Position numbers and translations under genes: made by a program
Assembly: GCA_051117555.1 (NCBI GenBank)
Contig: JBNPEG010000125.1
Coordinates: 1,528 to 17,102 of the forward strand
Length of the DNA: 15,575 nt
Origin: Elainellaceae cyanobacterium
GTDB taxonomy: Bacteria; Cyanobacteriota; Cyanobacteriia; CAZCXK01
Direction: 5' to 3'
The notes under the pieces: generated by a model
Seen by the model: only the letters and a program-made list of their open reading frames with translations
Databases searched by the model: none
What the model was told of the DNA's origin: nothing
Shown: positions 7,677 to 15,496 of the stretch, piece by piece
Position numbering within the stretch: position 1 is the stretch's first letter
Layout: every line of letters starts with the position of its first letter

Positions 7677-7847
7677 ATGCGCTCTACATCGATTGGATTG
7701 TTAATAATACTGGGTTTAGCGGGTAGCCTCGGCGCGTGTGGCTTCGGGGAAGGGGGCGAAGACATGGAAGAAGAGGGCGAAGGCTTTGGAGGTGAAGAAG
7801 AGGAAGAGGACGACGACGAGGATGAGGAAGAGGAAGAGGAAGATTAA
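7677..7847 (+). CDS. Small (56 aa) Glu/Asp-rich lipoprotein, below the ORF-track cutoff
   Basis: Translates to MRSTSIGLLIILGLAGSLGA-CGFGEGGEDMEEEGEGFGGEEEEEDDDEDEEEEEED*. It has a basic N-terminus, a hydrophobic core and a canonical LGAC lipobox. GGAAGG at 7665-7670 is RBS-like; in-frame alternative ATG at 7671. Confidence 0.8.
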   Translation: MRSTSIGLLIILGLAGSLGACGFGEGGEDMEEEGEGFGGEEEEEDDDEDEEEEEED

Positions 7848-8013
7848 TGAGGGGCTGTTAAGCAAAGCAGGCATACGTAGTTAACGCGACATGCTTAAAA
7901 TGTGGGGTTGATCTCCATCTCGATATTTGTGGCTCTAAATTCCAAAACAAATCCAAAACAAATATTGAAATGCCGCTATGATTTTGGACAAATCCTCTGG
8001 CAACTCCCCTGGC

Positions 8014-8081
8014 AGATCCCCGGCTTCTTCATCAGATTTCTCTAGCAAAAATTGGGGCATTAATACAGAAGCCGGGGATCT
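8014..8081. repeat. Intergenic 15-bp perfect inverted repeat (cyanobacterial dispersed AGATCCCCG-type repeat)
   Basis: AGATCCCCGGCTTCT (8014-8028) and AGAAGCCGGGGATCT (8067-8081), with a 38-bp spacer. Confidence 0.85.
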
Positions 8082-8142
8082 AAACCACTATGTCATAACG
8101 TCTGATTGCATCCTCTAAGAAAAATCCTTGCGTCTCCGTCTA

Positions 8143-9909
8143 ATGGCTCATTCCGTCTTCATTCACGATGCTGATTCGTCTCAATGGCTTTTATTCGAGC
8201 AACCGCACCAAATTCATACTACACACGATCTTCATGATGTAATCCCCATACTTCAGCAGATTGAGCAAGCCGTTGAATCTGGCTACTATGCCGCAGGATT
8301 TATCAGTTACGAAGCGTCTCCCGCATTCGATCCGGCGATCGCCACCCACCCTCTATGCGAATTTCCGGCACTTTGGTTTGGGCTATACGATCCGCCAAGG
8401 CGGCTGACGATGGATGAATTTATCACGTTTCAAGCTCGTCAGGCATATTCTCATGGTCTATGGACACCCGACGTCAGCCGCCCAGACTTTGACGAAGCGA
8501 TCGCCCGCATCAAACGCTACATCGTTCAAGGCGATACTTTTCAGGTTAATTATTCATTTCGGCTGCATGCCTCCTTTCACGGTGACGCATTTTCTTTCTT
8601 TCTCGATTTGATGGAAGCCAAACCAGGTCAGTATGGGGCGTTTATAGATTTGGGAGCGATCGCCATTTGCTCGGCGTCTCCTGAACTATTTTTCTCTTTA
8701 TCAGGAACTCACCTACGCTCAAAGCCGATGAAAGGTACGGCGGCACGGGGATTGTCAACCGAGGGCGATCGCCAACAGGCAATGGGGTTGCGTCAGTCAA
8801 TCAAGGACCAGGCTGAAAATGTCATGGTGGTTGATATGATTCGCAACGACATGGGACGCATTGCAGAGGTCGGTAGCGTCCAGGTTCCGGTATTGTTTGA
8901 AACCGAACGATATCCGACGGTTTGGCAGATGACATCGACCATAACGGCTGAAACCAGCGCCAATTGGGTCGACATTCTTCAAGCGCTATTCCCGTGCGCA
9001 TCGATTACAGGAGCCCCCAAACCGCGAACGATGGATATTATCACGGAGCTAGAACCGTCGCCCCGCAATCTATACACCGGCACGATTGGCTATCTTACGC
9101 CCCACCGTCAGGCTCAGTTTAACGTGGCAATTCGCACCGTGCTGATCGATTCACACGCCCACACGGCTGAATATGGAGTAGGCAGCGGTATTGTATGGGA
9201 TTCTGACAGCCAGAAAGAATATGACGAATGTCGCGTAAAGATGCTTATTTTGGGCGATACGCGCTCCGCGCAGACGAGCCAACGCCGACCAGATTTTTCT
9301 CTCCTCGAAACCATCCGCTGGACGCCCCATGACGGATACTTTTTGATGCCCTACCATCTACAGCGCCTCCAAAATTCAGCCGACTATTTCAGTATTCCAA
9401 TGCAAATCGACGCAATCCAGCATGCCTTTGAGAATCTAAGTCAGCAACTATCACGCGTTCCACACAAGATTCGGTTGCGGGTCGACCAAGACGGTCACTG
9501 GCAGCTAGAGTCTACCCCCTGGATACGTCCGACTCATGGGCCTGTTAGACTCCGATTGGCGACTCAAGCGATTGATTCATCTAATTTGTTTCTTTATCAC
9601 AAAACGACCCATCGGCAGGTATATGACGACGCGCGTTCGGCGTGTTCTGACTGCGATGACGTCTTGCTTTGGAATGAATCTGGACACGTCACAGAATCCT
9701 GTATTGCGAATCTGGTGGTGCAAATTGATCACAAACAATATACTCCGCCGATTTGCTGTGGCCTTTTGGCAGGAACGTTTCGAGCATGGTTGTTAGAGCA
9801 GCACAAGATTGAAGAAAGAGTGATCCCACGGGAAGAACTATATCGAGCCGATCGGCTCTATTTGATCAACTCGGTGCGAGGTTGGCAGGACGCAATGCTG
9901 CAACTTTGA
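8143..9909 (+). CDS. pabB: Aminodeoxychorismate synthase component I fused to a PabC-like (aminotransferase class IV) domain
   Basis: Chorismate-binding motifs GDTFQVN, SASPELFF, KPMKGT, KDQAENVMVVDMIRND, FPCASITGAPK and FNVAIRT. C-terminal LLET..HLQRL..HKTT..NE.G.VTE..GLLAGTFR..NSVRG. ATG 8143 preferred over TTG 8128. Confidence 0.9.
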   Translation: MAHSVFIHDADSSQWLLFEQPHQIHTTHDLHDVIPILQQIEQAVESGYYAAGFISYEASPAFDPAIATHPLCEFPALWFGLYDPPRRLTMDEFITFQARQAYSHGLWTPDVSRPDFDEAIARIKRYIVQGDTFQVNYSFRLHASFHGDAFSFFLDLMEAKPGQYGAFIDLGAIAICSASPELFFSLSGTHLRSKPMKGTAARGLSTEGDRQQAMGLRQSIKDQAENVMVVDMIRNDMGRIAEVGSVQVPVLFETERYPTVWQMTSTITAETSANWVDILQALFPCASITGAPKPRTMDIITELEPSPRNLYTGTIGYLTPHRQAQFNVAIRTVLIDSHAHTAEYGVGSGIVWDSDSQKEYDECRVKMLILGDTRSAQTSQRRPDFSLLETIRWTPHDGYFLMPYHLQRLQNSADYFSIPMQIDAIQHAFENLSQQLSRVPHKIRLRVDQDGHWQLESTPWIRPTHGPVRLRLATQAIDSSNLFLYHKTTHRQVYDDARSACSDCDDVLLWNESGHVTESCIANLVVQIDHKQYTPPICCGLLAGTFRAWLLEQHKIEERVIPREELYRADRLYLINSVRGWQDAMLQL

Positions 9910-9970
9910 GAAGATTCGAGGAGATTTGAGGACTTTGAGAAATTATTAAAGGATTTTGAGGATTTCTGCG

Positions 9971-10837
9971 CTACGAATCCTGCAAAAATGTGGCGATCGC
10001 CTCAGCAAATTCTTTGGGCGCATCTTGAGGAAGCCAGTGGGATGCATTCTTGATTCGAACCAACTTTGCATTCGGGATTTCTTTCGCTAATCGCTCTCCA
10101 TCCGTCACAGGCTGCCACGGATCATCTTCACCCCATAGCAATAGTGTAGGGACAGGAATGTCGCAATGTCGATCGACCAATGCCATAGTGTGGTTGGTGT
10201 TGAGGGACGAGGCATTGCGAATCAGACTGAGTTGCCCCTCAGGGTCGGCGTAGGGCGCAATGATGCCTGCGCGAAACTCAGAGGTCAGTCGATCTGGGCG
10301 AGACAGCCCATCCTTTAACCCTTCTTCTAGATACGCCACAATTTCCTCAACAGGCTTATGCTTCCACCGGGGATGCCCGACCATGAGCATATCGTCGATG
10401 GGCCAGGAGTCATAGGCAACGATGTTGGTCAATGTCAGCGTGTGAATACGCTCGGGGGCTTCGATGCCGAGAATCAAACTGACACCGCCTCCGGTGTCGT
10501 GTCCTACCAAATTCACCCTGTCTAACCCCAGCGTGTCTAGAAATTGCCGCACCATCTGCGCCTGCACCACCAGAGAACGGTCGAAGCGATCGCGCCGATC
10601 TGACCAACCATGCCCTAACATATCCGGAGCAATGACTCGATAATGCTGTGCCAGCAATGGAATCACATCGTTGTATAAATACGACCAGGTAGGGATGCCG
10701 TGGAGGAGCAAAATAGGTGACCCTTCACCCACATCGGTATAGGCGATGCGAACCGGAAAATCGAAAATGCCGTTGAGTTCGAGGGTCGTTTGTCGTGCTC
10801 GAAAGTCGTCATGGGTAAGCGGTTGAATTTGAGTCAT
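9971..10837 (-). CDS. Alpha/beta hydrolase with Asp nucleophile (haloalkane dehalogenase/epoxide hydrolase-like)
   Basis: LLHGIP oxyanion motif, IAPDMLGHG, nucleophile elbow GHDTGG, LLWGEDD and catalytic His in ASHW. Confidence 0.9.
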   Translation of the reverse strand: MTQIQPLTHDDFRARQTTLELNGIFDFPVRIAYTDVGEGSPILLLHGIPTWSYLYNDVIPLLAQHYRVIAPDMLGHGWSDRRDRFDRSLVVQAQMVRQFLDTLGLDRVNLVGHDTGGGVSLILGIEAPERIHTLTLTNIVAYDSWPIDDMLMVGHPRWKHKPVEEIVAYLEEGLKDGLSRPDRLTSEFRAGIIAPYADPEGQLSLIRNASSLNTNHTMALVDRHCDIPVPTLLLWGEDDPWQPVTDGERLAKEIPNAKLVRIKNASHWLPQDAPKEFAEAIATFLQDS

Positions 10838-11084
10838 GATGGCATTGCTGATTCAGCGGATGGAACGTCTAGATCCTCAATTTCTGCGCTAAAACTCCAC
10901 GTGTTGCCGGAGCAACCCGATTGAGATTGTAGGTGGGTAAAGACATAATGATACAGCAATCCAGCCGGGAGCAAGACGCTCACGCACTATCCAATTTTGT
11001 ACTTAATCTTGATGCACTTGGTTGCCAGCCATTAAGGTGAGCATTTGAAATTTGTAGGCTTTGTGGCTATCCGGGATCTTGAGG

Positions 11085-11359
11085 GCGATCGCACTCAAGA
11101 CACAAATCGACAGCACAGAAACATGCTAAATCCGCTGCAAAAGTCCTAGCAATAGGATCGCAAATCCAAGACTAGGCAGCCACTTCAGCACCTCATCAAG
11201 CTGAATGAACACACCCAACGTTGAGAAAGTAATAGAAGTATTCAACAAAAGCTTGAATGCCCCTTGTACAAACAGAACACCAATACCTGCCAAGAATCCA
11301 CCAATAATGGAATACGGAATATAGCGAATCAGTTCGCTGACGTTAAAGGACGCGATCGC
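11085..11359 (-). pseudogene. Internal fragment of a SulP/SLC26-family anion transporter
   Basis: LIRYIPYSIIGGFLAGIG matches the SulP 'L.R(F/Y)IP.PV..GF.AG.G' segment. In-frame TAG at 11126-11128, after which hydrophobic sequence (HVSVLSICVLSAIA) continues. No N- or C-terminal part of the transporter is visible. Confidence 0.75.
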
Positions 11360-11371
11360 CAATCAAAGAAC

Positions 11372-11387
11372 TGTAGTCTTTGATACA
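11372..11387. promoter_or_regulatory. NtcA-binding-site-like palindrome TGTA-N8-TACA
   Basis: TGTAGTCTTTGATACA matches the extended NtcA consensus and is intergenic with an AT-rich flank. I see no clear TAN3T at the canonical ~22-nt spacing. Confidence 0.55.
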
Positions 11388-11520
11388 AATATAAATACTT
11401 TCTTAAGAGGCTTTTTTTGATTCGAGAGACTGCTATGTTGAGGGCGGGACTCATTAAAAAAGAGATTCTCAGATGAATAATCCTAGAGATGTGGGCGTGC
11501 TGAGCTCATCCGACCTCCAC

Positions 11521-11581
11521 CGTGTCGCTAAACGTGTCGCTAAAACCGTGCAATCAATACTGTGCAATCAATACCGTGCAA
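11521..11581. repeat. Two adjacent short tandem repeats
   Basis: CGTGTCGCTAAA x2 (11521-11544), then AC(C/T)GTGCAATCAAT x2 plus a partial third copy (11545-11581). Confidence 0.9.
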
Positions 11582-11649
11582 CATCGCGTTATCAAACAAT
11601 GCATCAGCTCTCAGTCTGCCACTGTAATCATTAGTACAGAGGATTTCGT

Positions 11650-11928
11650 ATGATTTCAGACACTAAACCTCCCTCCCCAAACTCTCCCTACATGAAACAG
11701 ATTTTGCACCGTTTTAAAGCCGAGGGGTGCGTATGTCAAATAGACCCGACAAACCGGTGGAGAATATATCCTCCTCTCAAAGGGGAGACCTGGAAACTTC
11801 AGCAGGATGGCGACCGATGGATTTTACTCATCAGCCAAAAGCCTCAAATTAGCCTGACATCCAATGAAGCAGTCGCATTTGTGAAGCGTCGTTTGCAAGC
11901 CCTACTCCATATTGGGATTAGTCCGTGA
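11650..11928 (+). CDS. Small hypothetical protein (W-rich beta/alpha pattern)
   Basis: 92-aa ORF with AGAGGA (11638-11643) upstream and protein-like composition (WKL...DRWILL...PQI.L...EAVAF). Alternative ATG at 11692. Confidence 0.65.
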   Translation: MISDTKPPSPNSPYMKQILHRFKAEGCVCQIDPTNRWRIYPPLKGETWKLQQDGDRWILLISQKPQISLTSNEAVAFVKRRLQALLHIGISP

Positions 11929-12005
11929 TGGTGTGCTAGTTTGCGCGACAGAGACATGCGTTTACAAAACGGCACTATGAATGAACTAAATATGAGCAGA
12001 TTACG

Positions 12006-12110
12006 CTACTCTTCGCCGCCTTGAATTCGGAGCATTAAAAAGCCAAGGGCAAGCCCAACGAGAATGAGTGAGAAAGACAGAATCGCTGCATTGAAGATTT
12101 CGCTAGCCAT
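12006..12110 (-). CDS. petM: Cytochrome b6f complex subunit VII (PetM), not in ORF track
   Basis: My translation MASEIFNAAILSFSLILVGLALGFLMLRIQGGEE* matches PetM. GGAGG RBS upstream (CCTCC at 12123-12127 on +). Divergent from pdxA. Confidence 0.95.
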   Translation of the reverse strand: MASEIFNAAILSFSLILVGLALGFLMLRIQGGEE

Positions 12111-12403
12111 GTAATCGTATTTCCTCCAGTTGATTTTGACAATTAAGCGTGCAAAATTAAACCAGCACATCATACTTTAATATTTTTCGGGACATTCCCA
12201 CAATGCAGTGACCGTTGATTTATAATCCGTGTTGAGTAGTGACGTGAATGTTTCGAGTCAGTTTGGGAATAAATCGCTTGACGTGTTTCTTAGGCATTGA
12301 TGCTGATTGAAGAATTACGTAAGCCCTGCAATCTTTAGGCTTCCCTCACAAAACCGTAAATTTTAGGTAAGCTTAATCCCAGCGGTTAATCTTTGTAACA
12401 GCC

Positions 12404-13498
12404 ATGTCTACTCAATCTGCGGTCTGTCCCAAAATTGCGATCGCCCTGGGAGATCCTGCTGGAATTGGAGCCGAGGTGGTCTTGAAAGCACTGGGTTCTC
12501 TAAAGCCCCCCTCGAATTGTGAGATGACTCTTTTTGGGAATCGGCGCGTGCTCAACCAAACATTTGAGCACTTGATGAAATCGCGCGATTTGTCACCCTC
12601 CATTTCGTCTAAACTAGCTCGACCTGAAACCCTTACCCTTCATGAAGTCGAGTTACCGTCCTCGTTGATCGACTCGATTAAATTAGGCATAGGGAATGCA
12701 GCCAGTGGCGAGGCTAGCTTTCGATTTTTAGACACCGCGATCGCCCAAACCTTAGCCGGAGAATTTCACGCTATCGTCACGGCTCCGATTGCCAAATCAG
12801 CCTGGAAGGCAGCCGGGCACCATTATCCCGGACAAACAGAACTGCTAGCCGAAAAAGCAGGAGTTGAGCGATTTGGGATGCTATTTGTCGCGCGATCGCC
12901 CCATACTGATTGGCAATTAAGAACCTTGCTAGCAACTACTCATATTCCACTATGCCAGGTCGCAGATGCGCTTTCACCCGATTTATTAACCCTCAAGCTT
13001 GACCTGCTGGTTGAATCTCTGCAACACGACTTCGGCATCCAACAGCCTCGGATTGCGATCGCCGGGCTCAATCCCCACAGTGGTGAGCAGGGGCAATTAG
13101 GAACGGAAGAGCGGGACTGGTTAAATCAATGGATACAGGCAATGGGCGATCGCCATCCTACTATTCATCTCGACGGTCCCATCCCTCCCGATACGCTATG
13201 GGTGCGTCCGGGACAAGCCTGGTATGGGATAGCCTCATCCGCTACTCACGATGCATATCTGGCGCTGTATCATGACCAGGGGTTAATTCCGGTCAAGCTA
13301 ATGGCCTTCGACCGAGCTGTCAATACCACGATCGGGTTGCCGTTCATTCGCACGTCTCCCGATCACGGCACTGCATTTGATATTGCTGGACGAGGGATTG
13401 CCGATGCCACTAGCTTCAAAGCGGCCTTGGATCTTGCCGTTGAGTTGGCGCGTCAAAAAGGGGTTAGCGGTTATAGACACTTTCCAAATATCCTCTAA
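12404..13498 (+). CDS. pdxA: 4-hydroxythreonine-4-phosphate dehydrogenase
   Basis: [50 protein letters not shown] and [19 protein letters not shown]. Confidence 0.97.
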   Translation: MSTQSAVCPKIAIALGDPAGIGAEVVLKALGSLKPPSNCEMTLFGNRRVLNQTFEHLMKSRDLSPSISSKLARPETLTLHEVELPSSLIDSIKLGIGNAASGEASFRFLDTAIAQTLAGEFHAIVTAPIAKSAWKAAGHHYPGQTELLAEKAGVERFGMLFVARSPHTDWQLRTLLATTHIPLCQVADALSPDLLTLKLDLLVESLQHDFGIQQPRIAIAGLNPHSGEQGQLGTEERDWLNQWIQAMGDRHPTIHLDGPIPPDTLWVRPGQAWYGIASSATHDAYLALYHDQGLIPVKLMAFDRAVNTTIGLPFIRTSPDHGTAFDIAGRGIADATSFKAALDLAVELARQKGVSGYRHFPNIL

Positions 13499-13511
13499 TC
13501 AGAAAACCCAA

Positions 13512-14351
13512 TCACCAGAGTGCAACTTGATAGGCATGCTGCGTTTGCCTTGGCGTATCAATTACGCAGAGCCCAAGGGCAAACAAATCCACTGATATTC
13601 GCACACGTTCGTGGTTGCTGATAGTATTCCAAGCGTTTCTCATTCCAGTTGACCACGAAATATCATCCACAATCAGAAGTGATGGATTGGACAGTCGGGG
13701 TAACACACGTTCGACATGGGTTACTGTAGCTAATTCTGAATGATCGGCATCCAAGAATACGTAATCAATTTCCCCATAGTTTCGGAGAATCTGCGGCAAT
13801 GTCTCATCGAAACTGCCAGGAATGACTTCGGCATTGTGAAGACCGAGGGTGTGCAAATTTTGCTGGGCTAGAGATGCTCGTGCATTTGACCCTTCTAAGG
13901 TTATGATTCGCCCTCTCCCATTAATTGCTAATCCTGCAGCTTGGTAGGCAGCTGAAATCCCTAAGCATGTGCCTAATTCAAGACACATATCAGGATGAAA
14001 GTGTTGGATAACTTTTAAGAGAAAAATGCTCCAGCTTACTTTTTTGCTGCTGATACGGCAGACTGATGATATAGACTCATGTCCAGCGTGTTGCCCTTCC
14101 CAGCTTCCAGTAACTAGCGTATCGTCTGATTTGAGCAGTTGAGTTCTTGCTACTTCGATGCGGCTGACCCACTCTTGCTCAGCGGCGGTAAGTTGCGGTT
14201 TGAGAGAATCTCGAATGACTTGGGCGATCGCCCGCACCTGTGGATCGTCCGCATAGCTCATCTTAGCCAGTACAGTATTGGTTTGCACAACCCGATACCA
14301 AATCCGATGTAGCGTCCGGCGCATTTTGCCTATGGTATTCCAGACTCGCAT
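13512..14351 (-). CDS. Class I SAM-dependent methyltransferase (O-methyltransferase/Methyltransf_24-like)
   Basis: Motif I CLELGTCLGIS, ITLEG, DYVFLDADH and LIVDDISWS. ATG 14351 has GGTGGGAG upstream; 14384 and 14324 are alternatives. Confidence 0.88.
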   Translation of the reverse strand: MRVWNTIGKMRRTLHRIWYRVVQTNTVLAKMSYADDPQVRAIAQVIRDSLKPQLTAAEQEWVSRIEVARTQLLKSDDTLVTGSWEGQHAGHESISSVCRISSKKVSWSIFLLKVIQHFHPDMCLELGTCLGISAAYQAAGLAINGRGRIITLEGSNARASLAQQNLHTLGLHNAEVIPGSFDETLPQILRNYGEIDYVFLDADHSELATVTHVERVLPRLSNPSLLIVDDISWSTGMRNAWNTISNHERVRISVDLFALGLCVIDTPRQTQHAYQVALW

Positions 14352-14474
14352 CACAACGTCTCCCACCAAACACCTACCTGACACTGATGACAGATGCGAG
14401 GCAATTGTTCCAATCTATCCTGATTTTGAAGCCTCGATCACCGAGCAAGCCCGCCCATATTTATCAGAAGTAAC

Positions 14475-15212
14475 CTAGTTCTGCGATCGCCCAGACCTTT
14501 TATCAGCAATATACGCCTTGATTGCTAAATCAAGTACCGATTCAGCACAGTGAATCGCTCTTAAATAATCATGTTTTGATGCCGAAAAATTCAGATATTC
14601 AAACCGAATTAGATGGGTATGATAGTGAAATTTGTGAGTAATAACCCTGCAATACAAATAATACTTAAACTCTAGCTTGGAGCGAAAGAAGTGTGCGGAC
14701 TTAAGCTGAGTTTTTTCTTCGTCAACTCGACTCTGATCGACCGTCATATCAAGATAATCATTCGCAAGCCTAATAATGTCACCCATGTCATTATTAATTT
14801 GAGCGATGAATGGCGAGAACCAAATGTCTGGGTCAATGTTTTCTTTGCTTGCTAAATATCCTGAAATTAACTGTGCACCGATACTATTCCGACAAACCGA
14901 TAAATAGTGATCAAGCGATTGCCTCAGATCAGAGACTGTCTCCTTATGCATAGCTTGAAACAAAGATTCGATAGATTTTATCCCAATTGCATGAGAATTA
15001 GGAATCTGTGCCACCATCGCGGTTTTGATGGGCGCTAATTGGAGATGAGTGGGTAAAGTATCGTCTAAATCATACAAATCATCAAGTTGAAACGTCAGCA
15101 TGATTAATGTGTAAATGGCATCGAGATCCCGATCTGAAACTTGAATATGATGTCGAGAGAGAATGATGTGATATAGCTCAACATAGTGTCTAATTTCAGA
15201 TGTATTAAACAT
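14475..15212 (-). CDS. Hypothetical all-helical protein with class I isoprenoid/terpene-synthase-like Asp-rich motifs
   Basis: QLDDLYD (DDxxD at 15069-15083), YLSVCRNSIG and RLANDYLDMTVD (about 14736-14771), in the order and spacing expected for the class I fold. The gene is AT-rich. Confidence 0.6.
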   Translation of the reverse strand: MFNTSEIRHYVELYHIILSRHHIQVSDRDLDAIYTLIMLTFQLDDLYDLDDTLPTHLQLAPIKTAMVAQIPNSHAIGIKSIESLFQAMHKETVSDLRQSLDHYLSVCRNSIGAQLISGYLASKENIDPDIWFSPFIAQINNDMGDIIRLANDYLDMTVDQSRVDEEKTQLKSAHFFRSKLEFKYYLYCRVITHKFHYHTHLIRFEYLNFSASKHDYLRAIHCAESVLDLAIKAYIADKRSGRSQN

Positions 15213-15246
15213 TTTGACGCCGATACGTATTCCAAGTGTATTTTTT

Positions 15247-15496
15247 TATAGCCCTACGAGCTCACCCTGATTGACTGACAAAAGATCAGAGGCTGGCGGT
15301 TGAAACCGCGCCTACACAACCAAAGTCGACCTTAGTCGACTGTTCTCAACCCGCCTAGGCGGGTTTCGACTGTATAGCAGCAGTTACTCTGCGAGAAGCC
15401 GCTATGCGTCTACAACTGCCGCAAACCAAAGTTTTGTCAGTCAATCAGCGGGCTTGCCACACGTTCAACGTCCTAACGTGAGAGCGTACGGCTATA
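15247..15496. mobile_element. Nested non-autonomous MITE-like/dispersed repeat composite
   Basis: Outer IR 15247-15265 / 15478-15496 (16/19 match, TATAG..CTATA ends). Perfect 17-bp IR 15267-15283 / 15432-15448. Internal hairpins and an 18-bp palindrome at 15348-15365. No transposase present. Confidence 0.75.

Noticed and set aside
7565..7765. Pro/Ser-rich - strand ORF of 66 aa
   Set aside because: It is the antisense shadow of the acidic lipoprotein and overlaps the TPR start. The + strand frame has the lipobox and RBS.
9906..9968. Degenerate (T)TTGAG(G/A)A repeats between pabB and the hydrolase
   Set aside because: Short, irregular, low-complexity repeats with no clear hairpin or function.
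12384..12400. HLR1 (RpaB) site upstream of pdxA/petM
   Set aside because: Only one good half-site (GTTACAAA on the - strand); the second half matches poorly.
362..14478. Remaining short track ORFs nested in or antisense to the called genes (e.g. 708..1019, 1479..1790, 2838..3224, 4955..5224, 8414..8611, 9536..9796, 14278..14478)
   Set aside because: They overlap well-supported CDSs in other frames and show no recognisable motifs, so they are treated as shadow ORFs.
13512..15212. 2-methylisoborneol or geosmin biosynthesis cluster
   Set aside because: The synthase-like ORF is too short and lacks a canonical NSE motif, the methyltransferase does not resemble GPP 2-methyltransferase, and there are no flanking cyclic-nucleotide-binding genes.
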